DNA from: Mesotaenium endlicherianum
Lineage: Eukaryota
Reading direction: 5' to 3'
DNA length: 64,000 nt
Assembly (NCBI GenBank): GCA_009602735.1
Contig: WELA01003305.1
Span: 137,752-201,751 of the forward strand
In this document: positions 25,365 through 37,804 of the stretch, piece after piece
Position numbering within the stretch: the stretch's first letter is position 1
Layout: every line of letters begins with the position of its first letter
Made by a program: the position numbers and the translations under genes
The notes under the pieces: generated by a model
The model's input: the letters and a program-made list of their open reading frames with translations, nothing else
Told to the model about the DNA's origin: nothing
Databases searched by the model: none

Positions 25365-27522
25365 TAGATCCTTCCTCGGGTTGGCTAACTACTATAGGAG
25401 ATTTATTGAGAATTATTCTACAAAGGCCAGTAAACTGACTGACCTTACCAAGAAAGACATAGGGTATGTGTGGGGGGAAGAGCAGCAGGCTGCCTTCCAG
25501 ACCCTTAAAAATGCTCTTTGTTCTGCCTCAGTGCTAGTCGTGTATGACCCCAGCAAACCGGTGCAGGTGGTTACTGATGCCTCTGACTTTGCCATGATTT
25601 TGTTGCAGCCTGCTCACAAAACCACAAAAGATGGTAAGGTACGGCAGGAGTGGCAACTTGTGTTGTACGAGTTTATGAAATTGAATCCAGCGGAGATTGA
25701 TTACTCAGTGCATAAATAAAGAGCTGCTAGCTATCATTCATGTGCTCAAACAGTGGAGAGCATACTTACATGGTAAAGCTTTTAAGGTGATTACAGATCA
25801 TCTAGCTCTGACTCACTTTCAGAAGAAGTCCAAGCTGTCGAGGAGGGAGAACCGCTGGAGCCAGATGCTGGAGCAGTTCCAAGTCCAGATCGACTACAAA
25901 CCAGGGAAGTTGAATCCTGCTGATGCACTCTCTAGAAGACCTGACTTGCAAGAAAGGAACTTTAGTCAGCATGCTGTAGATAAAGTACTGTGTGCACTCA
26001 CTTCACTGAAGGTGAAAAAGTCCTTCCTTGAACAACTTAGGAAAGCCTACCTTTCTGACCCAACATTTGAGCCCAGCCCCACTACTGGTATGTGTCGTGC
26101 TACTGCACTCGGGTATAAGGTTAAGGGAGGGTTCTGGGTGACTGAAACCACTTCAGGCAAGCTGAAGCTGGTCATTCCTAATAACGTGCAAATAAGGTCC
26201 CTTTTATTGAGTCAAGCACATGACAGTTTACTGGGTGGGCATTTGGGGCAGGCCAAAACTGTTGGCTAACTAGCAAAACATTATCATTGGGAGGGATTAC
26301 CTCGGGAGGTCTTGAAATACGTTAAGTCCTGTGACCAGTCTCAAAAAAATAAGTCTAGGCACACACCACCGGGGGGCCTCTTACAACCGCTGCCCATCCC
26401 AGCTGGACGCTGGGACACTATATCCATGGACTGGGTGGTCACACTGCCACGAACTGCCAATGGGCATGATTCGATACTGGTAGTCGTGGATAAACTGACA
26501 AAAATGGTCATTTTCATCCCCACAACCGTCAAAGTAACTGCACTCGAAACAGCAAGATAGTTCTACAACCGTGTAAAATGCCAACATGGGCTACCCTCTA
26601 ATATAATCTTAGACAGAGACTCAAAATTTACCTCTAAGTTCTGGAGGGCTTTAATGGGGTTAATGGGAGTCACACAGCTGCTTAGCACAGCAAACCACCC
26701 TCAGACTGATGGGCAGACTGAGAGAACTAACCGAGTTCTGCAAGAGGTACTAAGAGCCTATAATAACCAAAAACAAGATAATTGGGATGACCTGTTACCT
26801 CAAATCTAGGTTGCGATCAACAGTGCGGTGCACACGTCAACGGGCAAGACTCCTTTTGAACTAAGCCTGGGTAGAGTCCCTAAGTCTCCTTTAGATGTCC
26901 TAGGGGAGTCTTTAACTCACCCTGAAGGGATTGACAATCCGGTCTTCCTCCAGTTAACTCAGGAGTTTGCTGACACCCTGTCAGAATTCCAGCAAAACCT
27001 GCACAGAGCCCAAGAAAACCAATAAAAGTACGCTACTCAGCACCGTCGCGAACTGACCTTTTCTAAAGGCGATTTGGTCAAGCTACATTTTCAGCACCTG
27101 TACCTTCCTGGTGTGGTCAAGAAAAACCTTGGCCCTGTGTGGGTCGGTCCATATTCGGTGGTGCGTCGTGTCGGTCAGAACGCTTACAAACTGAACATGT
27201 CAGCCGAATACAAGGGTCATCCGGTCTTTAATGTCTCCTTCCTGGAACCTTACATCAAAGGTGATACACTGTTCACAGGTCGGTTACCTGTACAACCGGG
27301 ACCGGTCCCCGCTGTCCGAGACGGCGACCCTAAGGAATATGAGGTTGAGGAGATTATAGACGCGCGCTCGGTACGTCGATCGTCTAAATATGTCATGAAG
27401 TACCTCATACGATGGAAGGGTTGAGATGCCTCTGGGGACACTTGGGAATTTAAAGACCATTTGACTAATGCTAAAGGGGCGTTGAAACGATCCACCTTCG
27501 GGCGGCTGGAGCACCTCCCTAA
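25365..27522 (+). pseudogene. RNase H - integrase - chromodomain of chromovirus copy 1
   Basis: VTDASDF, ITDH, PADALSR, AHDSLLGGHLG, ISMDW, HPQTDGQTERTN, WVGPY, EYEVEEII..YLIRWKG; several in-frame stops. Confidence 0.9.
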
Positions 27523-27891
27523 CAGTCATTTCAGTTGACACGGGAAGGTGACAGGAGGTCCTGTCTCCATTTAAGTCGGAGGGGAAAATATATGACAGTT
27601 GGTGTGCGAGAGCGAGAAAGGGATAGTTATGTGAACCCTTAGTGTCAGCATAGTGACAGAGGGGATAGCTTGGCCCACATAAAGCACCTTAGCGAAAGGA
27701 CAAAGGGCCTCACACAGCCATACATCACTTAACACACCTTTAACCACCTTCATATGTTTATGTCTAGCGCACTGCAACTACGTCAACTCCTAGCAAGCAC
27801 CCTGTAAGGTAAACAGGAACGAATACACCATACTAATACAAACTTACTCCCTTCCTGCAACTTCTAGGACAAAGGTCGATATCCTACTAAC

Positions 27892-28758
27892 TTGTGCCCT
27901 GGTTACATGTGCAGAATGGCTCCCACCGCACAGAAGGAGGATAGGAAGCGCAAGGCAAAAGAAGCCAGGAGGACAATGGAGCAATACCAGAAGGAGCTGG
28001 CGGCGACGTCCCTCACCGGGAGAGAACAAGAAAGGGTCCGCAAACAACAAGAGGCGGCAGAAGAAGCACAGAGGAAGAAGGATGAGGAAGCGGAAAACCT
28101 CAGGAAAGCTGAGGAGGAGAGACAGAAGAAACAACAAGAAGAAGTTGCAGCGGCAGAGGAGGAGAGAAGGAAAAAGGCTTAAGCGGACAGGCAGAAGAGC
28201 TTGGCCATTTACAGGTATACTGTGGTGGGTGGCCAAAACTTTGATAACCTGAAGGAAGCATTGCTGGCAGCCCAGGAGATCAACAAGCTGGAACAGACAA
28301 CACTGCTACAGAGGGAAGGAACTGCAGCACTGGATAGGTACATTGAGACACACACTGGTGTGGTCCTCTACGAGGATTATGCGAAGATGGTGGGCTATAC
28401 AGCAGAGCAGGCCCGGTACCTTGCCGATGATTCAGAGAACAAGCCAGTCCCAATATCGGGAATAGTGGGAGATCAGAGACTCATCAGGATGGTGAGCATG
28501 CGGCCCAATAGCTTTAAGGATACGGTATTCTACCTCACACTATTGCCAGCTTACAATGAAGTTGAGAGAAGGAGCTGGGAGTACTTGACCAAGGAAGCAG
28601 GACAGCAGATATTCTCTCCCCACTGGTTCCCATGTAAACTGAGAAAAGCTGAGCAAACAGGGTTCTTTAGAAGGCCAGCTGACAGACCTAGAGGGCTGTC
28701 CAGATCCAGGTCCAGATCTTCGTCTCCTGATCCTGAAGCCCCAGGAACAACCCCTTAA
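27892..28758 (+). pseudogene. Extra 3' ORF of family A, with a premature stop and internal deletion
   Basis: Homologous to 46430-48130; stop at 28180-28182; lacks 834 bp. Confidence 0.8.
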
Positions 28759-28870
28759 GGTGACAGGCTGAAAAGGCAGTCAGTTTGGGAGGCTGGTCAG
28801 GTTCAGTTCCTTTATTTAAGGCTTTGCAGTTTAATGTTGTCGAGGCGACAACAAGTTAAGTTGGAGGGAT

Positions 28871-29590
28871 TGTAATGAACCAGTATATTAGTAGATATAA
28901 TATTCATTTAAATATAATAGGTAATTTAGTTCAGCCTGCTGAACATTAGTTATTAATCAGTCTGCTAGACTTAATATTTAATACCAGGTTAATGACTCAG
29001 TCGGAAGCAGCAGGCTGAAGTCCATTTAAGTCAGCTTGCTGACACATTCTTTACCAGCCAGCTGACTTCCGTACTCGGTAGCAGCGAACTGCCTCGATAT
29101 GCATCTAAGTACGATATGCTAGATGAATGGCCAGATGACATCCCTATGATCGATGGCTATTCGGGATGATGGGAGATGGCGGTGGATTTGGTTAACCGAG
29201 GTCCTACCAACGTGGTTAACTCCCGGGTAGGCGGTGCCATTGCACTGGCCGTTGAACAGTAAACTCATTCCATGTACATCTGCTAGGCATTGCTCTCGAG
29301 TTCGGCATTTGAAAACGAGGCCAACTCTCTTGTACAGCTTATTGAGAGAGATCTGAATCCAAGGCGAGAAGCCATTGATACGCACTGTCTTCTAACCTTG
29401 CTTATGTATGAGTTTAGTGATTGCATTATTGATGCTAGTTTACTCGCATTTGACTTACGAGTGTTGTTTACTGCTAGTGTGTTGTCCTTTTGCCGTTTAA
29501 CTAGTTAACGGAAAATCCATAAAGATTATTTGCTGATATAAAGATCTTTATTAATTGTTAATCGCCTATTTGGTAAGTTGATTCATTTCA
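28871..29590 (+). repeat. LTR A (3')
   Basis: TG...CA, preceded by PPT AAGTTGGAGGGAT. Confidence 0.92.
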
Positions 29591-32477
29591 ATGCGGGTGA
29601 GGGCGACTGGGAGGCCGTGCGGTACTGGATGGCGACCCCCACAGGCTCGTCATGCCGTACGCGGACGTGTGATCTCGAGGAGGGTCCACTCGTCGCAGGA
29701 GGCTGTGGCCGAGGTATGGCTGCTGCGGCTGTGGCTGCGTCATGAGCGTGAGCTGCAGCAGTAAGGGCGGCCGTGACAACAGCGTGTGCCTCTACGGCGT
29801 CTGCCGCCATCTGACGCATCATGGCGTTATGCGCGGCGTAGATCCGCACTGGCTCCCTGGCTTGTGCGGCCGGAGCGTCAGCCTGCTCCTGGGGCGTGAG
29901 GTGGAGCTTGGCACCAGACAGCTCGAGATCCTCCTCCTGCGTCTCCAGTAAGTCAGCGCCGACGGAGACCTTGTCATCCTTGGCCCCCCCCTTATCGGTC
30001 TGAACCACGAACCGACCGTCGTCCAGCGCCATGAAGCCGTAGAGGGCGGACTCAGCTGAGCGACGATCCAAGATGTCAAGTGGCACAGATGCAGTGCGGG
30101 TCCCCCCTGTCTGCCAGTCGGGTCGATAAAAGACCCGCTCCACCCAATTATCCACGGCGGCGCCGATAGGAAAGAGCACGTCCTGTCCAAGGAGCACGTC
30201 CAAGGTCTCGGAGCGAGTGACCAACGCATGCCGGTGGATGGTCGTCTCATCCGGAGTGCCGGGCCAAAAGGTGAAGCGGAGGGCCAGCCGCGTGCGCCCG
30301 CTGACGGTCTCGGACGTGCCGGCAGCGGTGTTGATCCGCGTAGGCAAATCCTCTAGGTCGGCTGACAAGAGGCCCAGCTGGCGAAAGTAGCGCAGGCTGA
30401 TGAGGACTGGCTGGGCGCCTGTGTCAAACATGATGCGCTGCGGGGCCTGCGTGTTGACCAGCACGATGCCCTGCGAATTATCCAAAAACGCAGCGTTAGG
30501 CGTGCTGATCACCTTGCGCTCATGCGCAGGTCGCGCGGGTGCAGAGAGCACCGCGGCTGCCGCGTCTGACGTTGGCCTGCTGTCAGAGGCGCGCTGGCTG
30601 GCCCTGCGTGACTAAAGCAATAGCTGGGTTGCATGCCGTGTGGCTTCCATCGACACGCCAAGCTCCGCGAAGGAGACTGCGGGCATGCGGTGAAGCGCCA
30701 GCGAGATGACCTCGGCGCTGACCTGCACCGTGGTCATCGGCGAGGCCATCGCGTGAGGCGCGAAGGCAGCTGGTGCTGCGGGCGTGTCCAGCACGCGGAT
30801 TGAGCGGGGCAGACGCGGCGCCTCCTCCGTGCAACGCCCCTGATCCGGCCCGGCGCGCTTCTGTGCCACCGCTGGGCGTCCGGCTGCCACCAAAGCGTGC
30901 TTGCGCCGTGCGCTGCCGTCTGCTGTGCGACCTCCAAGTGGCACTGTGCGTGCGCAGCAGACCAAAATGGGGCCGCACGCGGCTGCAACAGCAGGCGCAA
31001 CCACTCGGACAGCCAGTACACGAGCGACTGGCACACCTGGCGCTGGCGTACCTGGCGCTGGTGCTCCCAGCGCGGATGCACCTGGCGCTAGCGCACCTGG
31101 GGCTGGCGTTGTGGGGGTAGCGAGAGCGAGTGCGGCCGCTCCTGAGCATGCCTGCGCAGTCGCCGGCGCAGGTGCCTGGCATGCTCACTCAGCCGTCGCT
31201 GCTGGCGCTGCCTCGGCGACCAAAAGGCCGCCAGGTGGCGCTGGCCCACTTGGTACTGGCGCCGTGAGATGCGCTGGCTTGGGTCCCTCTGCAGCTGGCG
31301 CCTCGGCAAACGCCGGTGCCTCCGTCGGGGCGGCTGTCCATGCCAGCGCCGCTTCGGCCGCAGGCGCTTCGGCTGCTGGCACGAACGCCGGAGCTGGCGC
31401 AGGCTTGGCTGCTGGCAGCCTAACAAGTGGCGCTTTGAGGGCGCCGCTGGGCCTGCCAGGTCGCGTCGCCCGACCGGGGCCGGTGTCGGTATTGGCTGCC
31501 CTAGGCAAGGCACGTGGCGCCCTCCAGGTAGCGCGCGCGCTCGCCGGGACCCTTGCCATGCTTATCGCGCAGTCCCAAGGGTTTTGTGCGCAGTCTGGGT
31601 TTAAGCCCTGGCTGTGCGTAGCTAGGGTTTAGGCCCTGGCTGTGCGCAGCCGTGTGCGTGCTGTTGCAGCTCCGAACGGAGATGCAACCGCACAGCGCGA
31701 TCGGAGATGTCGCTCCCTGACTTGGGACGACAGTCGCGGCCGCCAGATCTGCGCTGGCTGGGCCGGACTTTGTGCGCGTGCCAAATGGCGGCACGTGTAC
31801 GCAGCTGCTGTACGCAACAGCTGACGTGGCTGCCGTGAGGTGGTCACGTGGCTGGCTGCTGAGCGAGCCCTGCAGTGCGGTGCGCGGCGTGTGCGGGCGT
31901 GTGCAGACATACGCAGGTGTGCAGCTACCGTCAGGCAAAGTCTCGCCAGCCGCGCACGCGTCAGGTGCGACGGTTGCTGGCGCGGCTGCCAGGATTGGCG
32001 CAGGTGTGGTTGCTGGGGGGCTGCCAAGTGGCGCCTCCCAATTGCTCCTGGGGTTGCGAGGGCTGGTGTCCGATCCAACATCTAGGTCGGTGTTGGCTGC
32101 CTCGGACGCCGCTCGCGACGCCCTCCCCCCGATGCGTGCGTACGCCGAAGCCCCCGTAGCGCAAATTGCGTCAGCGCGAGGGTTTTGTGCGCAGCCAGAA
32201 TTTAAGCCCTGACTTTGCGCAGCCGTGAGCGTGCCGTCGGCGCTCCGCACGGCAATCTGGCCGCACAGCGCAATCAGGCATGCCCCCTCCTGACTGGGAA
32301 TGGCGATCGCGGCCGCCGAATCTGCGCTGGCCGTGGCGGACTGCGTGCGCGCGCCACGTGGAAGGACGTGTGCGCCGCTGGCGTGCGCAACTGTTGCTGT
32401 GGCTGCCAAGCTGCGATCTTGTAGCTGGCTGCCTGGCAAGCCTCGCGCCGCCGTGTGAGATGTGAGCAGAGGCGTGA
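29591..32477 (-). mobile_element. Second, diverged and truncated copy of the DNMT-Gypsy family (repeat/Ala-rich region and protease)
   Basis: ORF 29583-30551 (QRIMFDTGAQPV..LLGQDVLFP) is collinear with 55996-56955. The upstream GC-rich repeats resemble 53825-55930. Cut by LTR A at 29590. Confidence 0.88.
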
Positions 32478-32479
32478 CA

Positions 32480-35400
32480 ATTCATTTATTTAATAATACA
32501 CTTTAATCAACTAGGTGAAGCAAAGCAACCAAACAAAACATGAGCGTGATATATTCACCTACCCAATGCAAGTAAAAATTAATCATAGCAAACTGTCCTG
32601 CAAGCCACCATCTGACTTCACCATCAATAATTGAAGACATGCATGGACTTACCCCTACTCACAATAGTCCTTCCAGTTGAAAGACACAATAGAGCACCTC
32701 ACACCATGCAAACCACACCCAACTCGAACAGCCTCCTTTCGAGGTCAAACAATCAAAGATTGTTATTAAGGCTCAGCCAACAGAACTAAGCCTTTTCTCC
32801 TTCTTTTGGTCTTCAACTCCTGCCGTGCTCACACCTTGAAAGCTCCTCACAAGCAAATTCTTGTGACTTAGGTACGTGCTCAAAATTCAGCGCACTGAAG
32901 GAAAAGGGAGACCAACTGATTTGATGGCATTGAATGCCCTTGCAAGATGAGTAGCATCAGGTTAATGAGCCCAAGAAAAGTTTAAATTTAAACCACATTT
33001 TCAAAACACACTAAGTTCAAAGGAACATATGATTTTGAGCAATATGCTGGTCACCTCAAGCAGGTCCTTGATGTGCCATGCATCATTGCTACCCAATCCC
33101 AACTTATGGCAATGTACTTACTCAAGTAGTACGTACACTTGCTCCAACAGTGTACTGCAACTCACAGTTTACACCAGTCAGTCATCGATGCTCCTGCTAT
33201 TAATGCAGTACACACATAGGAAGTGGCAGTGTATGACCCAGTTAGTACATACACTTGCTGCTGAGTATGCAGGTAAGCACAGCTTACTGAATACTCCTAA
33301 TACACATCCCATCTCCCTCTTCCCAACTTAAATAGCTATCGACCCGACAGCTCCAACCACATAAGCACACCGTGAAGTACCTACAACTCTGCATCATAAG
33401 AACCACACAGAGTGACAGTCACAGAGGAGTACGGCGGTACGAGTGGATGGAGAAGAAGCAACAAAGGAAAACCGAGAGAGGACACAAAGTGCAAACACCC
33501 AAGTAAGCAAGAAAGAAAGTCCCCCCCCCAAAAAAAATAGTCCATTTTTCAGGATTAGAGCAACTCCCAGAGTGGCATGGGGAAGAGTGTACTGTCATTC
33601 AGACCCTCTCACCATAAAGCTCTATCCATGAATAACCCAATCTCAAGCCAGCGTATTACACCCCTCCATTTAAAAGTGTAGATAGCTTGCTACGAGATAA
33701 AGACAACTGGCCCCATTAGCAAGTTTCTCCAATACCAAAGAGTAGCTCAGTTAGCTGACTCTACCAACGCATGCATACAATGACTCATACCAGTCATTCC
33801 TAGCAAGACATACGCCAAAATGACAACCACCAAATAGTGAGAGTCAACAATCCAAGCGAAAAGGGAACAGAAGCAACCAACTATATCATAATTTTGATGT
33901 TTCAGGATACTCCTTCATTCAGGCCTTACTGTCTGAAGTTGCCCAGAGGACAGGTGGGGAAGCGTCACGTGGCAGCGTCCAGCATGCCAACTCCTCGGCC
34001 TCTCTCGACCTGTATGTCACCAATGCTTCACACTCTGCTTGCTGGTCTCAATCTGTCAAACAGACGACAAGTCAGTGTGTAAGTTGCCTTCCATGAGCTT
34101 AGCTACGCGTGGTAAACACCACACCCTAGCTGCATCAGTCTACTCAAGATCTGATGACTCCATCTTACATAGTTCCCGGGAGGGCGAGGCAAACATTGGG
34201 ATCACATAGACTCAACCAATGACAATGGGCACTCATATAGCTCAAAACTAAGTTCCTCTCTGGAGGCACATACATGGCACCTATTGCAATTGCAGCAAGC
34301 ACTTAGCAAGCCAATAAAAACAGCGTGCATAAATCATTGGTAAGACTTTCGCACTGTAACCCCAAGCTAGCAAGAAGAATGTTTGTGCATCAGACTGAAC
34401 AAGATCATTCAAGCCATACATTGCGAGAATGTCTATAATGTCAATGGTCTCTTCTGTCTTTACTTAGGTGTGCACAGTGAATCTATTACAGAAGGGCCCA
34501 TTTTACACCTGCTCTACGGTATGCTAACGGCGATCCACTACCTCTAGCACCCGGGATCCAAATTCCATGCACCTGACGCATATACAAATGCATCTTGCAT
34601 GCTACCTAGCATGCGCCTCTAGCGAGCTCAGTTAGCTGCGAGGCCGGCAGAGACTTAGCACACTGCTAATATGCCCAGTTCGTCCCTATGACAAAGACAC
34701 AATCCTCCTTACACTTGACCAAGTGTACAGGTGGCATTCAAAAACAAAAAGCCAACTGGACCTAAGGCAAGTAATCAAACCCCCTCTAGTATCCACGTTG
34801 ACTTTCCATACGTCAGTCAACACACGGTACAACCTAAGTCCCAATATGCTGATCTATAGCCTGGCAACACCCAGAGCTCATTAAAATCAAGCACTCAAAG
34901 TACTCATTGTCTGCGGCTGCTCTCGGACCCTTAATAAATCATGCAAAGTAAAAGCGAGTCAAAGAAAAGCCATTGCGTCCATAAACCCAATCCTTCATTC
35001 CTTTAACCACATTAGGTCAAATAAACCAGCAGGGTGACTTAACCTAAGTCAGCAATCACATAAGACCCGCATCCATAAACCTCAGCCCACTGACTAAACC
35101 CGTCTTAAGCTTAAACCCAAGCTCCTACGATCCCATCAAGTACCACAAAGCACCGTCTAATACATAGCATTCAAGCACAAGGCACATACCCTAAACCCTC
35201 CGAGCACAAATCAATGTGACAAACGAGAGAAGCACACAATGTCACAGCCACGGTTGGGAGTAGGGGGTATCTGTAGGATGCCATTGTTGCTGCCGAAGCC
35301 TCTTCACATAGAAGTTGCAGCTAACTGAAGCTTGTGGACGACGTAGTGCACTTGGACCGTGGCGAGGATAACCTGTTGTTAATCCATACTTGGAAACTTA

Positions 35401-37222
35401 AGTTAAATCATGTGTGCACGTACTGTCTCAATGTTTCAACACATGCAGCCATACTCAAGCTCCCTCAACCGAACTGCCACACAAATAACGAGAGAGGTAC
35501 GTCTCTTGCAAAGCTTAAACCCGAAGGGATAGCACAACAGACCAACAAGTCCTCTAGCACCGCCGGAGTGCACACCTTTCTCTATACTAGCCGTGGATTG
35601 TATATAACAACACACAACGACTATGATCAAGTGAGGTAAATGAGTCATATCCAGCTTGCTATGATGCAACTCCCTTGAGGCAGCCCTTGATGCTTACAGA
35701 CACCTCTTCCATCAAGTCTCCACTTTAGGCTTCTCGTTGCGTGTAACTGTACACAAGAGGCTAGGAAAGTCAAGTTAGTATGCCGCATAGTACACTGAGC
35801 CAAGAGACACACTAGGTGAGGAAGTGGAAGGATCCTGGACAAGACGTGCAATGCTCTACATTCATACACTTCCCAAGCTCCACCTAGACTCATCATACCA
35901 CACACGTAAGCCTCACACACTTACCTCATGAGACAAAGAAGACAAGCACGGACTTTTAAGAAAGGACTTAGCTCCGATACCACTGAATCTTGCTTATTCA
36001 AGATTGATATATTTCATTTAAATATATAAGATCAGAGATGGGTGGAAGCGTGTGAAACCAGGGAGAGATCTTCGCCCTTATAATGAATTCCATTTACTCA
36101 TGTACACCCCTTGACTCACTTACCGTAGTGTGCCAAAGTTGCACACTAACACGAGGCACAAGTAAGAGGCGAGCTTGAGGACTTGAGCTTCTCCTTCAAA
36201 AATTCATGGCCTCTTGCCTACAAGGCATGCAAGCATGTATAGCACAACATCAGGGGACTGAATAGCAAAGGCGCTATCCTTCAGGTGACCATAATGTAGC
36301 TAAAACACATCCCACTGACTTTGGTGCAAAACCATGGAATCTGTCCGCTGTGTGACCCAAAAATGTCAGAGGGCATAATTCTTCCAATACTACTCCAAAT
36401 TGAGCAAACTTAACGACAACGGATGCATCTTGACGGGACCTTTCCGAAAGCTCCATTTGGAGCGCAGACGAAGCAGCCATGTCAATTTCCGTGAAGGCTG
36501 GTCATTACAACAAACCCAAAAAGCGCACACATGACTTGCAAGTAGAAATCCGACTGTAAAGCCTACTGTCCAGAATGAGGGACCACGAGATCCCAGCCTG
36601 CTATGTACCTAGTGGCCACCTGGTTGACCACGGCGCAAGGTGCGCCGTTTCGTGGGAAACCCGTTAAGTTGGGACCCACGGATCTAGGTATAACGACCAT
36701 ATTAATTGGTCGGTTGACTGAAGTCCTAATTGTTTAGTTGACTGACGACGGCTCCGCCTACCCAAGAGTTAACCACACTGGTAGGACATCGGTTTACCAA
36801 ATCTCAGTTGACCTTCCCACTTTCAGTATACTACGGTCACATGTGCCAATCTACAAATAATCATCTAAATGAATGTATCTATCCTCAGCGTACTGAAGCT
36901 AAGTATACAGACTAACATGAAGAGAGCTTACTATATGTCAACCTACTGATACTACATCCTATATATAACTGATATACAAATCTCAGCAAACTATACTATG
37001 ATACAAAAGTCATTCTGCTGACCTTCTCAACAAAGTCAGCAAACTACACTGTGATACAAAAGTCATCCTGCTGACCTTTTTGACAAAGTAAGTAAACTCG
37101 CATTATATCGACATACATTCATTTAGATGAACTCGCGCATGTGAGTATATTGACATAATACTTATTTAGGGTTGTATTTATACATGCAATTAATTAAATA
37201 AATAATGAATTGATTCATTACG
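32480..37222 (-). mobile_element. Family E element: 5' LTR (35984-37222), PBS (35971-35982) and apparently non-coding internal region
   Basis: LTR closely matches 38528-39784; minus-strand PBS TGGTATCGGAGC; no recognisable ORF in 32480-35970. Assigning that whole stretch to this element is uncertain. Confidence 0.65.
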
Positions 37223-37289
37223 CGTCAGGTAGCACTCCAGATAGAATGCATAGAGTCCGGCTTAGACAGATCCATTATCAGCCACTCTC

Positions 37290-37804
37290 AAGCCTTAGAA
37301 ATTGATGATTTCACTCTAGGCATAGCATCTTTCTCCACCCTGCAAACTAGGTGGGGTCCACACACTATAGACAAGTTTGCATCCCCACACAACAACAAGG
37401 TCAGTAGGTACAATGCCAGGTGGCTCTATCCATCAGCAGAAGCTTTGAATGCTTTCACTGAAAACTGAATTGGAGAGATAAACTATTGCTTTTCCCTACC
37501 CCAGCTTACCTATGATGTGATACAGCATACACTGAGGTGTGAGGCATCCTGCACACAAATCATCCCTCTATGGAAGTCAGCTAGTTGGTGGGCCAGATTG
37601 TTGAGCAGCCCTAACCACTGGGCCCCCTTTGTTACTGATTTTCATATTTTTAGGCTACAGTTTGGATGTCTGGATGTCCTCAGACCAGGCTATAATAAGA
37701 AAGCATTTGGAGGGAAGGGTATTCCCTCGTGTTCCATCATTGCCCTGAGGATCAGTAGCATGGTGACTGAGCAGAGGCCTGGATTGCTTGTCACCCTGCC
37801 TTGA
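37290..37804 (+). pseudogene. DIRS MT (Dam/N6-adenine methylase-like) domain
   Basis: RWGPHTIDKFASPHNNKVSRYNARWLYPSAEALNAFTEN*IGEINYCFSLP..VIQHTLRCEA..IIPLWKSASWW matches the post-RNase H domain pattern of DIRS elements. Confidence 0.75.

Larger units (their letters stand above)
22145..29590 (+). mobile_element. Degenerate chromovirus (Ty3/Gypsy), family A copy 1; RT lost, probably chimeric
   Basis: LTRs 22145-22865 and 28871-29590 (TGTAATGAA...GATTCATTTCA), PBS TGGTATCGGAGC 22867-22878, PPT before 28871. Contains gag, protease, RNase H, integrase and chromodomain with many stops. Flanks TCCTT and ATGCG do not form a TSD. Confidence 0.9.

Noticed and set aside
31600..31640. Telomere-like TAGGGTTTAGG motifs (also CCCTAAACCCT near 35190)
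   Set aside because: Only one or two units, not an array.
36741..36775. CTGACGA hammerhead-like core in LTR E
   Set aside because: No stem II followed by GAAA could be found.
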